From: an uncultured virus (IMG/VR IMGVR_UViG_3300028384_001589)
Taxonomy: Duplodnaviria; Heunggongvirae; Uroviricota; Caudoviricetes
IMG/VR virus record: IMGVR_UViG_3300028384_001589
Strand: one strand, 5' to 3'
Length of the DNA stretch: 64,000 bases
Shown here: one piece after another, positions 9,701 through 19,933 of the stretch
Layout: the number at the start of each line of letters is the position of its first letter
Position numbering within the stretch: the stretch's first letter is position 1
Made by a program: the position numbers and the translations under genes
Notes under the pieces: model-generated
The model's database searches: none
Told to the model about the DNA's origin: nothing
The model's input: the letters and a program-made list of their open reading frames with translations, nothing else

Positions 9701-12700
9701 TTATAGTCCCGCTATCTCACCAGTGTTTTTAAGTCTTAGTGGAATGTAAATAAATTCTACTGCTTTCACTGGTTCAATTGCTATGTCTACATATAACTCG
9801 TTTCTATCAATTCTTGAAGGTGTGTTGTTTGATTCATCACACACTACCAAGAAGTCATATAACGCTCTTTGACCTACAAGTTCTAACATTAAACTGTCTA
9901 CTTGTTGTTTAATCTCATCTCTTGTGATCTTATCGTTTGGTTCAAAGATATAAGGTTTAGCAAGTTTGTTAAGTTGTGATCTTAAGTAAATCACTAATCT
10001 TGCAACATTAATTCTATCTAATGAACTTGCGTTTCTTGCTCTTGTTTTTTGACCAAAGTTAACAAGTCCAGCACCAGTTAAGAATGTAATTGGGTTAACT
10101 GCATTGCTGTATAATGTATCTCTTTGACCTTCGTTAAGAGCAACTGTTTTAAATTCACCTTCTGAATCAATATAACCTGCACTTGATGCGTTAGTAATTC
10201 CACCACGTCTTGTACCTGCTGGTGCAAACCATGGATAAGAAACTTGATCACTTAGTGCAATCGTTCTAAGTATACCATGTGATGCTGGAACAACTACGTT
10301 GTTACCTGCGTTATCACTTGTGAATAAACTTGGATAAAACACACCCATGTATTCATCTCTGGATACTAAACCGTTATCATTATCTTCTACAGCACCATTT
10401 ACGTTAGTTGCCCAGTTGTTTAATGAAGTTGCATCTGGTGTTAGTCTAAATGGACTGTCACCTACGATAAACGCTGTTAAGCCTCTATCATTATTTAATG
10501 CAATCATTTCACCAATTAGTTCTGGATAACCTGGTGTTGACATTAAGTTAAAGATTCTTGATTCGTTATCTCTAATGTCTTGGTTGCTGTTCATTAATGC
10601 TTGTAATGCTTGTACTACAACTTTACGCTGTGCTTTACGTCCGAATGTACCTGCACCATCTTCTTGGTTAGCACTTTCAGTTACCCATCTGTGTGGATAG
10701 TAAGCACTCATTGACTCGTCATTGTTTCTACCATTGTCTTCTGCAAGATCAATATGGTTACGTACAAATTTCTTAACATTGAAACCTGAACGTCTTAGAT
10801 TAAACAGCATCATACCTTTTGGATACAGTGCTGGATCTGGAGCATCTGGATCTAAGTAGTTGCTTGTTAACAAGTCTTTGATTTCGCCTGCTGTGCCGCT
10901 GTTTGCACCTGCTGTGTTGTAACGTGCATCTGCAAATAGTACGCCGTTGTCTGTTGATTGATCTGAACTATCTCTTAATACAAATTTTAATGTTTGACCA
11001 TTGTATTGATAAATCTGTGGATAATTTTCAAGATCCGCTGTGGACACCCAAATATCACCGTCAACAAGTCCTGAACCATCTGACTGTTTAGTTGGTTCTG
11101 TTGCTGAAACAATCGGACCATTTGGATCTGTTGAAGAATAGTTAACTGATCCTGAAATATAGTTCTGGTAACCTACCCAAGTAGTACCATTGTGGATCAT
11201 AATATCTGCTTCGTCAACAACCGAGTTGTACCAAAGTGTACCATCTGCCGCTAAAGCATTTGGTGCATCATCGCCAGCAGTGTATGAAAGTACTTGCCAG
11301 TTTGACGCCATGTATTCTTTTGGATTTGTAGAACTGTCTGTGCCTGGTACATAATATAAGTTTGCTGTACCTGTGTTTGCATCTACATATGGTGTGTAAC
11401 CTGCAAGTGTTAATGCACCGTCTGTGTCAACAATTCTAAACTCACCACCGTCATTGTGTTCAATTACAATTCTGTTTGCACTGTCAACACTTGCAACAAT
11501 GTTAGTAAATCCTGCACTGTTGATTTGACCTGCAATTTCTTCAGCATCTGCCGAAGCACCTGTTGTTGTAATTGATACTTGGACTGGTGAGTTCAACGTA
11601 TCTTGATTAGTAATTGATTCAGCAATAGTAAATGTGTATGTACTTGCTGTTACTTGTGTATCAATAATGTCTGATGTAATTTTTGTTGCACCAGTTGCTA
11701 CACGTTTAAAGATTTTAAAATCAAATTCTGCTTGAGCATCTTCTGACACATTTGATTGTGCGTAGTAAGTGTCTACAGAAAGATTTGCGCCGCCACCTGT
11801 TGCATCAAGTGCTTTAAGAGCCTTCATGTTGTCAGCATAAATTGGAACATTTTTATTTTCCCAAAGTGCTGTATCGCCATTAAACTCTTTAACATAAAGT
11901 TTTGCACCTAAGTTTGCATCAGTAGTTTTAAACCAAACAGAACCAGTTGGTGCTGGCTCAGTGTCTGTTGATTTAAACTCTGGAATTGAAGTGTGTGGTC
12001 CAACGCTTAATTTTGGTGCGTAGTAAGTTTTTGCAGTAAAGCCTAATTCTGCCATCAAGCCTGTTCCTTCTGCAACAACAAGGTTTGTACCATCTGTTGA
12101 GAATAAGTTTACTCTGCTATCAGTTACTGAAGCACTAAATCCGTTACCTGTTCCTGCTGTATTAATAGCGGTAACAGTTGCGGCAACATCTGCACCAGCA
12201 GTAATTGTGTTACCGTTGATTGTAAATGTTAAGCCTTGTGTTACTGAAGCATTTTGTGAGCCTGCCGCTACTGGCCAAGATGCAATCCATGCGTCAGTTC
12301 CCACTTTAACCCAAGTACCACTTGAATTTTTGTAAAAGATTTTGTTAATTGTAGTTGTAGCAACAACAACGTAGTCCCCAATTTGTCCAACAGAAGGTTT
12401 AGGGTTGCCAGTTGCTTGATCGCCAACTAATTTTGTTTTGTCTGTAATTACAGTAGGTGTTTTCATTGTAAATGACTGTCCGCCAGTTGCTGTTGCGGCA
12501 TTGCCATTCCATTCAAAAATACCAACTCTTGAAATTTGTGTATCAAACCAATAAGTTCCACTTTCTGGATCTGCACTTGGTGCAGTAGCAGTTGCTTGAA
12601 GTTGATTTGTGTCAATGTCTGCTCTTACTACCCACGCTCTGTTAGAAACGCCTAAGTATGAGTAAGCCGCTTGTAGACCATATTCATTCAACTCACCGCC

Positions 12701-12958
12701 GTGTATTGGATTGTTGTTATTGTCTGTATAAAAAATTGGATCTCCAAAAGTTTCTGAAAGATCTCTTTGTGAAGTTAATAAGAAAGGTACGCCAGCGTTT
12801 GCTTTAGTCGTTCCTCTCGCTGTTCCTGTGCCACTTGCATTCGCTTTGTCTTGTGCAGTAGCAACGAAAATCATAGGGGTAGTACCGGGCTCAGCGGGAG
12901 TATAAAAACTCTCGTCGATTACGCTGACCTGTACACCTGGTGATACTAAGTTTGCCAT
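9701..12958 (-). CDS. gp18: Tail sheath protein, T4 gp18-like, with large insertion
   Basis: N-terminal LVSPGVQV.VIDES. C-terminal PWFAPAGTRRG, RDTLY...VNPI, GQKT, LDRINVARL, FEPND and EFIYIP. Confidence 0.95.
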   Translation of the reverse strand: MANLVSPGVQVSVIDESFYTPAEPGTTPMIFVATAQDKANASGTGTARGTTKANAGVPFLLTSQRDLSETFGDPIFYTDNNNNPIHGGELNEYGLQAAYSYLGVSNRAWVVRADIDTNQLQATATAPSADPESGTYWFDTQISRVGIFEWNGNAATATGGQSFTMKTPTVITDKTKLVGDQATGNPKPSVGQIGDYVVVATTTINKIFYKNSSGTWVKVGTDAWIASWPVAAGSQNASVTQGLTFTINGNTITAGADVAATVTAINTAGTGNGFSASVTDSRVNLFSTDGTNLVVAEGTGLMAELGFTAKTYYAPKLSVGPHTSIPEFKSTDTEPAPTGSVWFKTTDANLGAKLYVKEFNGDTALWENKNVPIYADNMKALKALDATGGGANLSVDTYYAQSNVSEDAQAEFDFKIFKRVATGATKITSDIIDTQVTASTYTFTIAESITNQDTLNSPVQVSITTTGASADAEEIAGQINSAGFTNIVASVDSANRIVIEHNDGGEFRIVDTDGALTLAGYTPYVDANTGTANLYYVPGTDSSTNPKEYMASNWQVLSYTAGDDAPNALAADGTLWYNSVVDEADIMIHNGTTWVGYQNYISGSVNYSSTDPNGPIVSATEPTKQSDGSGLVDGDIWVSTADLENYPQIYQYNGQTLKFVLRDSSDQSTDNGVLFADARYNTAGANSGTAGEIKDLLTSNYLDPDAPDPALYPKGMMLFNLRRSGFNVKKFVRNHIDLAEDNGRNNDESMSAYYPHRWVTESANQEDGAGTFGRKAQRKVVVQALQALMNSNQDIRDNESRIFNLMSTPGYPELIGEMIALNNDRGLTAFIVGDSPFRLTPDATSLNNWATNVNGAVEDNDNGLVSRDEYMGVFYPSLFTSDNAGNNVVVPASHGILRTIALSDQVSYPWFAPAGTRRGGITNASSAGYIDSEGEFKTVALNEGQRDTLYSNAVNPITFLTGAGLVNFGQKTRARNASSLDRINVARLVIYLRSQLNKLAKPYIFEPNDKITRDEIKQQVDSLMLELVGQRALYDFLVVCDESNNTPSRIDRNELYVDIAIEPVKAVEFIYIPLRLKNTGEIAGL

Positions 12959-12988
12959 CTTGTGTTCTCCTGTTGAACTTATTATATG

Positions 12989-12996
12989 TATTTATA
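12989..12996 (-). promoter_or_regulatory. T4-type late promoter for tail sheath
   Basis: Exact TATAAATA on the minus strand about 30 nt upstream of the sheath ATG. Confidence 0.8.
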
Positions 12997-13064
12997 CAAG
13001 AGTCAGATAATTTAACCAAAATATACAGTCTAAAAGGGCAAAAAAAGGTTAGGTAAATAACATT

Positions 13065-13403
13065 ATGCGTCCTTTATGCAAATGTGGTAAGCGTCCTGTC
13101 GCTGTAAACTATAAGAAAGGTAATAAAACTTTCTATAGAAGCCAATGTGATGTTTGTGTAAGGAATAAAGGTAAAAACCGAGGAAAACCAAAGTGGTACT
13201 TGGCAGGGTACCGTCAAAAAGACCATTGCGAAAAATGTAACTTCAAAGCCTCTTTCAAAGAACAACTAAGAGTATATCACATAGACGGTGATCTTAATAA
13301 TTGTAGACCTGGTAACTTAAAAACTGTTTGTGCTAACTGTCAGATTGCTATGCAGAGAGTAGGCGCCCGGTGGAAACAAGGCGATCTTGCACCTGATTTC
13401 TAA
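13065..13403 (+). CDS. Zn-finger / HNH-like small protein
   Basis: CKC, CDVC and CEKC Cys motifs, then VYHIDGDLNN..NL.TVCANC, an HNH-like pattern. GTAAATA upstream at 13053-13059. Confidence 0.7.
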   Translation: MRPLCKCGKRPVAVNYKKGNKTFYRSQCDVCVRNKGKNRGKPKWYLAGYRQKDHCEKCNFKASFKEQLRVYHIDGDLNNCRPGNLKTVCANCQIAMQRVGARWKQGDLAPDF

Positions 13404-13959
13404 GTTGCTCAAGTGTTCCGTTGTTTTCAATAGTTTGTGTAAATTTAGTATGAGCCCATGCCCATTCCGAAGGGTGTACATCCTTTGGTTCAACACCTAC
13501 ATCTTGATATATTCTAAACCATACAGGATCTTGTCCACGCTTTACTCTCCAAACTTCACCGCCAATTTCGTATAGCATTTTTGCTTCGTTAGGAAAACGT
13601 GTATCAGGTAAAACAAAATTAGTATCTGGATTATTAAGGATATGTTGTTTTGTTAGACTTACCCAAATACCATCATAAAACCCGTTACGCATACACTCTG
13701 TGCCAAACTCTTGTAGCACCAGCCTTGGAGTAATAGATCTACCAGTTTCTGCTGTCCAATACGGATCTTCTGTTTCACGCCATGCTCTTGATTCGTCAGT
13801 TTTACCGTCAAGTAGTTCTCTATCCCAATTAAACATAACACCTACAGCATCTTTTAATTTGTCTGCAAATGATATTTTTACAAAATTGTGATTGTCAATT
13901 AGATATTGGGCGACAGTATCTTTACCTGAACCAATTAAACCACATATGCCAATGATCAT
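13348..13959 (-). CDS. gp1: Deoxynucleoside monophosphate kinase, T4 gp1-like
   Basis: P-loop GLIGSGKDT plus SFAD.LK, PR.VLQ.FGTE, DTRFPNE and HPSE. Confidence 0.93.
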   Translation of the reverse strand: MIIGICGLIGSGKDTVAQYLIDNHNFVKISFADKLKDAVGVMFNWDRELLDGKTDESRAWRETEDPYWTAETGRSITPRLVLQEFGTECMRNGFYDGIWVSLTKQHILNNPDTNFVLPDTRFPNEAKMLYEIGGEVWRVKRGQDPVWFRIYQDVGVEPKDVHPSEWAWAHTKFTQTIENNGTLEQLRNQVQDRLVSTGRLLSA

Positions 13960-13984
13960 TTATATCTCCTAAGTAGAAGTATAT

Positions 13985-14013
13985 AGTATATGATATTTGT
14001 TTTAGATTGTCAA
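13985..14013 (-). promoter_or_regulatory. Sigma70-type promoter for dNMP kinase
   Basis: Minus strand TTGACA-17 nt-TATACT. Confidence 0.8.
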
Positions 14014-14020
14014 GTGGTTT

Positions 14021-14779
14021 TTAGCCAATTGTGAAGCCGTATCCAGCACCGCCGGCAACCTGAGTTTTTAGATCTTCTTCAAGTTTTTCCATTTCTGCTT
14101 GTGCTTCTGCTTTAAGAGCATCACCGTTTAGTGTTGATCCACCTTGTGGACCAGCAATAGTAGCAAATTTAGATCTTGCCTCACCAAGCATATATTTGCA
14201 CTTAGCAAGTGTGTAATCTTTGATCCACTGTTTTGCAAGATAATCAGTGAACAATTCAGAATCTGGTCTGTAATTGTACACATACAAAAGTAAATTCTCT
14301 TCGGCTCTCGGTCTTTGTAAGATTGTAAGTTTTTTAGTTGTAGTATTCCATTTGAATTCAATAAACGAACCAAACATACGTCCTACAAGTTCTTGGTAAC
14401 TTGCAAATAAATTGTAAGTTGCAAGTCCGCCCATGTTTGAACTTGAAAGCAAATATGTATTTGTATAGGCTAAGTTAAACGGCTCAAACAATGTTCCGCC
14501 ATCGCCGCCGCCAGTTCTTGATCCAATTGATCTACGGAAAATTTGACGTACTTCAACAATATTAGGATCTAAAATATAATCATTCTGATCAATTACTGTT
14601 TCTAAAAATACGTAACTTTCTTCTACTGAATTATCAGATCTTTGTCTGAATTTGTCCATAGAACTTTGTAATGCTATTTCATAGTGCTTGGGATCTAACT
14701 CAACGTCGATCATGCCGCCGCCAAGCATAGCATCTACGTAATCAAATATTTCTTGTTTTTGTGTTTGTAATGTAGCCAT
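14021..14779 (-). CDS. gp13: Neck protein, T4 gp13-like
   Basis: LGGGMIDVEL, W.KDYTLA..K..LGEARSKF..I.GP.GG.TLNG..LK.EA. Confidence 0.88.
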   Translation of the reverse strand: MATLQTQKQEIFDYVDAMLGGGMIDVELDPKHYEIALQSSMDKFRQRSDNSVEESYVFLETVIDQNDYILDPNIVEVRQIFRRSIGSRTGGGDGGTLFEPFNLAYTNTYLLSSSNMGGLATYNLFASYQELVGRMFGSFIEFKWNTTTKKLTILQRPRAEENLLLYVYNYRPDSELFTDYLAKQWIKDYTLAKCKYMLGEARSKFATIAGPQGGSTLNGDALKAEAQAEMEKLEEDLKTQVAGGAGYGFTIG

Positions 14780-14798
14780 AAATCAACGTCTCCATATG

Positions 14799-14819
14799 TA
14801 TTTATACAAACGCTAAATA
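14799..14819. promoter_or_regulatory. Back-to-back late promoters for gp13 and gp14
   Basis: TATAAATA on minus (14799-14806) and CTAAATA on plus (14813-14819) within a 48-nt divergent gap. Confidence 0.7.
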
Positions 14820-14827
14820 CAAGTACT

Positions 14828-15991
14828 ATGCCGAGAATTAGTTTATACAAACCTGAGAAGGGCAAAGACTACGATTTTTTAGATAGAACTATCACAGAAA
14901 TGTTTACTGTAGGTGGTACTGATGTCTTTGTACACAAATATTTAGGACCTAAAAATCCTGATGAAGAAGACGCTACGCCATCTCAGCCTCATTACGATGC
15001 TATCAAAGAAACAAATATCCAAGATATGCTGTTTATGGAAAATAGAGATCGCAAGTATGATCCGGACATCTATGTAATGCGTGGCATTTATAATGTACAA
15101 GACGTAGACTTTGATATGAGTCAGTTTGGCTTGTTCTTAACTAATGATACACTGTTTATGACTATTCCAATCAATTACAGTGTCAAAACATTAGGTAGAA
15201 AAGTAATGCCAGGAGATGTGTTTGAACTTCCTCATTTAAAAGACGAACACGCACTTAATGATTACAGTGTAGCACTAAAACGCTTTTATGTTGTAGAAGA
15301 TGTAAACAGAGCGGCAGAAGGATTTTCACAGAGTTGGTATCCACATTTATATAGAGTAAAACTAAAACAGATTGTTGATTCACAAGAGTTTAAAGATATT
15401 CTTGATTTACCTGCAGAAGAAGGTAGTTCACAATCATTGCGTGATGTGCTTTCAACATATGAAAAAGAAATGCAAATTAATAATGCTGTTCTTGCACAAG
15501 CAGAGGACGATGCTCCTAAGAGTGGTTATGATACTACTAACTTATACACTTTACAAGTTGACAAAGAAGGTAAACCAGAACTTGTTACTGCTGACGAAAC
15601 ACTTATCGATGCAAGTATAAACAGTGGAAACTTAGACGCAAGTCGAGTAAATGAAACACCCGATAGAGAAGGATACTCAGGTTATCTTATTGGTGATGGT
15701 ATTCCACCTAATGGAGAAGAATTTGGGTTTGGTAGCAGTTTTCCTTTAACACAACACAAAGGAGATTACTTTTTGCGTACAGACTTTTTACCTAATAGAT
15801 TATTTAGATATGACGGTCAACGTTGGGTCAAGATGGAAGACAGTGTAAGAATGACACTTACAAATACCGACGACAGAAAAACACAGAAAACTGGATTTGT
15901 TAATAATACAACAACAAATGACATTGGTGGTGAAACTGTTAAAGAAAGACAAAGTCTATCTCAAGCACTCAAACCTAAGGCGGACAATTAA
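14828..15991 (+). CDS. gp14: Neck / head-closure protein, T4 gp14-like
   Basis: D.LF.ENRDRKY, SQFGLFL.ND and PGDVFELPHL. Located between gp13-like and gp15-like genes. Confidence 0.75.
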   Translation: MPRISLYKPEKGKDYDFLDRTITEMFTVGGTDVFVHKYLGPKNPDEEDATPSQPHYDAIKETNIQDMLFMENRDRKYDPDIYVMRGIYNVQDVDFDMSQFGLFLTNDTLFMTIPINYSVKTLGRKVMPGDVFELPHLKDEHALNDYSVALKRFYVVEDVNRAAEGFSQSWYPHLYRVKLKQIVDSQEFKDILDLPAEEGSSQSLRDVLSTYEKEMQINNAVLAQAEDDAPKSGYDTTNLYTLQVDKEGKPELVTADETLIDASINSGNLDASRVNETPDREGYSGYLIGDGIPPNGEEFGFGSSFPLTQHKGDYFLRTDFLPNRLFRYDGQRWVKMEDSVRMTLTNTDDRKTQKTGFVNNTTTNDIGGETVKERQSLSQALKPKADN

Positions 15992-17409
15992 TGCAACACT
16001 TTTATGACGGACAAATAAGAAGATACATTACTCAGTTGATTAGACTTATGAGTAATTTTTCTTACAAAGACGGTGATGGAAATCTTAAACAGATTCCTGT
16101 AATGTACGGTGACATTACACGTCAAGTTGGTCACATCATGAGAGATAACTCAGAAAATAAAATTCCAAGTGCGCCGCGAATCGCTGTATACATGACGGGG
16201 TTAGAATTAGATCGTGATAGACTTGCTGATGCATCATATGTAGGTAAAGTTCATTTGAGAGAACGTGCTTATGACGAAGATAATGAAGAATACTTAAACA
16301 CACAAGGTAAAAATGTTACGGTAGAGCGTCTTATGCCGACTCCATATAGTTTAACAGTAAATGCTGACATATGGTCGACAAATACAGATCAGAAATTACA
16401 AATTATGGAACAGATATTAATGCTGTTTAATCCAAGTTTAGAAATTCAAACTACAGACAACTATGTAGACTGGACAAGTTTAAGTGTTGTTGAGTTAGAA
16501 AGTGTAACTTTTAGTAGTAGAAGTATTCCTACAGGAACTGAAAGCGAAATTGATGTTGGTACTTTAGGATTTAAAACTCCTATATACATTTCGCCTCCTG
16601 CTAAAGTTAAAAAACTTGGTGTTATTACAAATATTGTAATGAGTATTTTTAATGAGGAACAAGGCACAATTGACTTAGGTGAAAGTTTCCCTGAATTAAA
16701 AGCCTACAACGATGAATATGCAGAAAGACCTGCACAAGAACCAAATGACGGTAGTGCATCAAGAAAAGACACTGCTGGTATTGCACTTACTGCCTATAAT
16801 AATTACGATCTACTTGTAATGGGTACCCAAGCACAACTAATTCACAAAGGTGTTGTTGGTGGAACATCATGGCAAGGTTTTATAGACTCATTACCTGGTA
16901 CATTCCGTTCTGGTTTAAGTCAACTGCAATTAACACGTCAAGATCGTTCACAAAGTATTAACGGTTCAATTGCTATTAATCCTACAGATGATACAAAACT
17001 TTCAATTACTTGGGACACTGATACATTACCAAGTGATAAAGTTATTACAGGTGTAACAGGCGATAGAAATAAAATTGATTATATTATAGATCCAAAAAAT
17101 TATAATCCAAGTAAAATAAAAAATGCAGGTGTACGAATACTATTATTAAGTAATATCGGCGATGCTGATAATGCCTCTGGACCTACTGCTTGGAAAAATG
17201 CAGATAATACAGACTTTGTTGCTTCAGAAAATGATATTATTGAATGGACCGGAACAGCATGGAACGTACTATTTGACGCAAGTACAGAAAATAACATATC
17301 TTACACAACCAATCTAAATACCGGAATTCAATATAAATGGACTGGTACAGAATGGATACTTTCATTCGAAGGCGAATATCGAAACGGAACCTGGCGCATA
17401 CAATTTTAA
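15991..17409 (+). CDS. gp15: Tail terminator / sheath stabiliser, T4 gp15-like, with C-terminal extension
   Basis: HFYD.QIRRY, IPV.YG, MPTPY.L and Q..QI.EQIL..FNP. Confidence 0.85.
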   Translation: MQHFYDGQIRRYITQLIRLMSNFSYKDGDGNLKQIPVMYGDITRQVGHIMRDNSENKIPSAPRIAVYMTGLELDRDRLADASYVGKVHLRERAYDEDNEEYLNTQGKNVTVERLMPTPYSLTVNADIWSTNTDQKLQIMEQILMLFNPSLEIQTTDNYVDWTSLSVVELESVTFSSRSIPTGTESEIDVGTLGFKTPIYISPPAKVKKLGVITNIVMSIFNEEQGTIDLGESFPELKAYNDEYAERPAQEPNDGSASRKDTAGIALTAYNNYDLLVMGTQAQLIHKGVVGGTSWQGFIDSLPGTFRSGLSQLQLTRQDRSQSINGSIAINPTDDTKLSITWDTDTLPSDKVITGVTGDRNKIDYIIDPKNYNPSKIKNAGVRILLLSNIGDADNASGPTAWKNADNTDFVASENDIIEWTGTAWNVLFDASTENNISYTTNLNTGIQYKWTGTEWILSFEGEYRNGTWRIQF

Positions 17410-17412
17410 ATA
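17407..17412 (+). promoter_or_regulatory. Late-promoter-like TAAATA upstream of the NUDIX-hldE-hldD cassette
   Basis: TAAATA overlaps the gp15 stop codon, 10 nt before the NUDIX ATG. Same placement as other late promoters in the window. Confidence 0.5.
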
Positions 17413-17421
17413 ATTACTTGT

Positions 17422-17862
17422 ATGAGCAGTAAAATTACCTGTAGCGGAGCATTATTCTATGCATTAGAAACTAAACGTTTCTTGTTCTTGCATAGAACAC
17501 AAAGCAAACAAAACAATGTTTGGGGATTAGTAGGTGGTAAGAACACCACTGAAGAAACTCCGTTTAATGCACTCAAAAGAGAAATTGCAGAAGAAGTAGG
17601 AGAGGTTCCTAATGTTATTAAAAATATACCTCTTGAAACTTTTGTAAGCACTGACGAAAAATTTAATTTTCACACATATCTTATTGTAATCAAAAAAGAA
17701 TTCCTACCAAATCTAAATGAAGAGCATGACGGGTATGCTTGGGCAAGTTTTGGCAAATGGCCTAAACCATTACACCAAGGATTGCGTAATACATTACAAA
17801 ATAAAACTAACCTTACAAAGTTAGAAACTGTATTTGATTTAGTCAAACTATTAGAGGAATAA
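17422..17862 (+). CDS. NUDIX hydrolase
   Basis: Nudix box GG-x5-E-x7-REIAEEVG and LN.EHDGYAW. Confidence 0.9.
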   Translation: MSSKITCSGALFYALETKRFLFLHRTQSKQNNVWGLVGGKNTTEETPFNALKREIAEEVGEVPNVIKNIPLETFVSTDEKFNFHTYLIVIKKEFLPNLNEEHDGYAWASFGKWPKPLHQGLRNTLQNKTNLTKLETVFDLVKLLEE

Positions 17863-17864
17863 CT

Positions 17865-19112
17865 ATGATCAAAGTATATGGCGACATTATGCTGGATCGT
17901 TGGATATTTGGCTCTGCTGATCGTGTTAGTCCAGAAGCACCTATCCCTGTTTTATTAGAAGAATCACAAAGTTTTAGTGTTGGTGGTGCTGGCAACTTAG
18001 CATTAAATATTTCTTCAATTAACGGTGACGTAGAATTATATGGATCTGTAGGACAAGACAAAGAAGGATTTAAATTATTAGAATTAATTTCTCAAACTAA
18101 TGTAAACTGTAATGCATCTTCAGAAAATGTAACAACTACTACAAAAACAAGACTTGTAGGCCAAGGTGGACAACATATTTTACGTTGGGATAGAGAAGAA
18201 CAGTATAAAGGTATTAGTCCACAAGAGCGTTTAGTAAGTGGATTACAAGAAAATGACATTGTTTGTGTGAGTGATTACAACAAAGGTGTTATTAGAAAAG
18301 ATACAATAGAGAAAATTTTACAAGTAACTGATAAAGTTTTAGTAGATCCTAAACAAACTCCAGATTTTTACAAAGGTGCATATATTGTTAAACCTAATAT
18401 GAAAGAATACGAAAGTTGGTTTGGCAAATATACCAAAGAAAAAGCAATTTTAAAAATGCGTGAATACAACTGGAAGAACTTAGTTGTTACAGATGGTGCA
18501 AATGGTATTCATGTAATTGATGAAGATAATAAGTATCATCATTTTAAAGAAGAAGTACATGAAGTAGCAGATGTAACTGGTGCTGGAGACACTGTTTTAG
18601 CAGTAATTGCCTATGGTATTGAAAGAAATATGTCAGTTGCAGATAGTTGTAAGTTGGCGTGTTATGCCGCGGCTCGAACTGTCGAAAAAAGAGGCGTAGT
18701 AACTATTACTGTCGACGACTTAAAACCTACTACGGTATGGACCAACGGTGTATTTGATATACTACACGAAGGACATTTTAAACTATTAAAATTTGCAAAG
18801 TCAAAAGGTAAAAAATTGGTGGTAGGCATTAACAGTGATGCAAGTACAAAACGTTTAAAAGGTGAAACTCGACCTATTAACAATCAGTTACAACGTAAAA
18901 TGAATTTAGAATTACTGCCTTGGGTAGATGAAGTTGTAATTTTTGACGAAGATACACCAATAGATGTTATCAAACAGTTTAATCCGGACTTGATTATTAA
19001 GGGCGGAGACTATACAATAGAAACAGTAGTCGGACATGAAGATTATCCTGTTGAAATTTTTCCAACAGTAGAAGGTAGTTCTACTACAAAAATTATAGAG
19101 AGTATTAAATGA
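17865..19112 (+). CDS. hldE: Bifunctional heptose 7-phosphate kinase / heptose 1-phosphate adenylyltransferase
   Basis: PfkB domain (GDIMLD, R.SPEAPIPV, GGAGN, SDYNKG, VDPK, DVTGAGDT) fused to a nucleotidyltransferase domain (TNGVFDILHEGH, GINSDAS..RLKG..RPIN, KGGDY, SSTTKII). Confidence 0.95.
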   Translation: MIKVYGDIMLDRWIFGSADRVSPEAPIPVLLEESQSFSVGGAGNLALNISSINGDVELYGSVGQDKEGFKLLELISQTNVNCNASSENVTTTTKTRLVGQGGQHILRWDREEQYKGISPQERLVSGLQENDIVCVSDYNKGVIRKDTIEKILQVTDKVLVDPKQTPDFYKGAYIVKPNMKEYESWFGKYTKEKAILKMREYNWKNLVVTDGANGIHVIDEDNKYHHFKEEVHEVADVTGAGDTVLAVIAYGIERNMSVADSCKLACYAAARTVEKRGVVTITVDDLKPTTVWTNGVFDILHEGHFKLLKFAKSKGKKLVVGINSDASTKRLKGETRPINNQLQRKMNLELLPWVDEVVIFDEDTPIDVIKQFNPDLIIKGGDYTIETVVGHEDYPVEIFPTVEGSSTTKIIESIK

Positions 19113-19933
19113 AAATTTTAGTGACAGGACACGAAGGATTTATTGGTAGAAACCTTGCATCATACTTGCAATACAAAGGACACGAAGTAGAAGGCTGGGA
19201 ATGGCAGGAAAACAAATACCCAGATGCCCAAAAATACGATAGAGTTATTCACTGTGGTGCTATTAGTTCAACAACTGAAACAGATGTTGAAAAGGTTATG
19301 AAACAAAACTATGAGTTTACTATGAAACTTATCGAAATTTGTGACATGATGGGTACCAGTTTACAGTTTTCAAGTAGTGCAAGTGTTTATGGTCCTGGCT
19401 TAGACGGTTATAATGAAAAATCTAAGTGCTTACCACAAAGTCCATATGCTTGGAGCAAGTATATGATCGATAGATGGATAGCAGAATACCAGGACGACTT
19501 TAAAATTACAATTCAAGGCTTCCGATATTTTAATGTATATGGAAATTTTGAAGATCATAAAGGTGATCAAGCAAGTCCTGTAACTAAATTTACCAAGCAG
19601 GCAAAAGAAACTGGTAAAATTTTACTTTTTGAAAACAGCGATAACTATCTACGTGATTTTATTAGTGTTCAAGATGTTTGTTTAGTTCATGAAAAAATGT
19701 TAGATGTTGATCAAAGTGGTATTTTTAACTTAGGCACTGGTGTACCAAGGTCTTTTAAAAGTATTGCAGAAGTAATTGCTAAAAAATACAATGCAAAAAT
19801 TGTAGAAATACCTATGCCTGAAAAATTACGTGGTCAATACCAAGAATATACTTGTGCTGACATGACAAAAACACTGTCACACATTGACCATACTTTTATT
19901 AGACCAGAAGAATGGATACATGAGTCAAAATAA
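19109..19933 (+). CDS. hldD: ADP-L-glycero-D-manno-heptose 6-epimerase (extended SDR)
   Basis: TG..GFIG, GAISSTTE, SSASVYG, YAWSK (YxxxK), RYFNVYG..E.HKG.QAS, RDFI.V.DV and YQEYTCAD. Overlaps hldE via ATGA. Confidence 0.92.
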   Translation: MKILVTGHEGFIGRNLASYLQYKGHEVEGWEWQENKYPDAQKYDRVIHCGAISSTTETDVEKVMKQNYEFTMKLIEICDMMGTSLQFSSSASVYGPGLDGYNEKSKCLPQSPYAWSKYMIDRWIAEYQDDFKITIQGFRYFNVYGNFEDHKGDQASPVTKFTKQAKETGKILLFENSDNYLRDFISVQDVCLVHEKMLDVDQSGIFNLGTGVPRSFKSIAEVIAKKYNAKIVEIPMPEKLRGQYQEYTCADMTKTLSHIDHTFIRPEEWIHESK

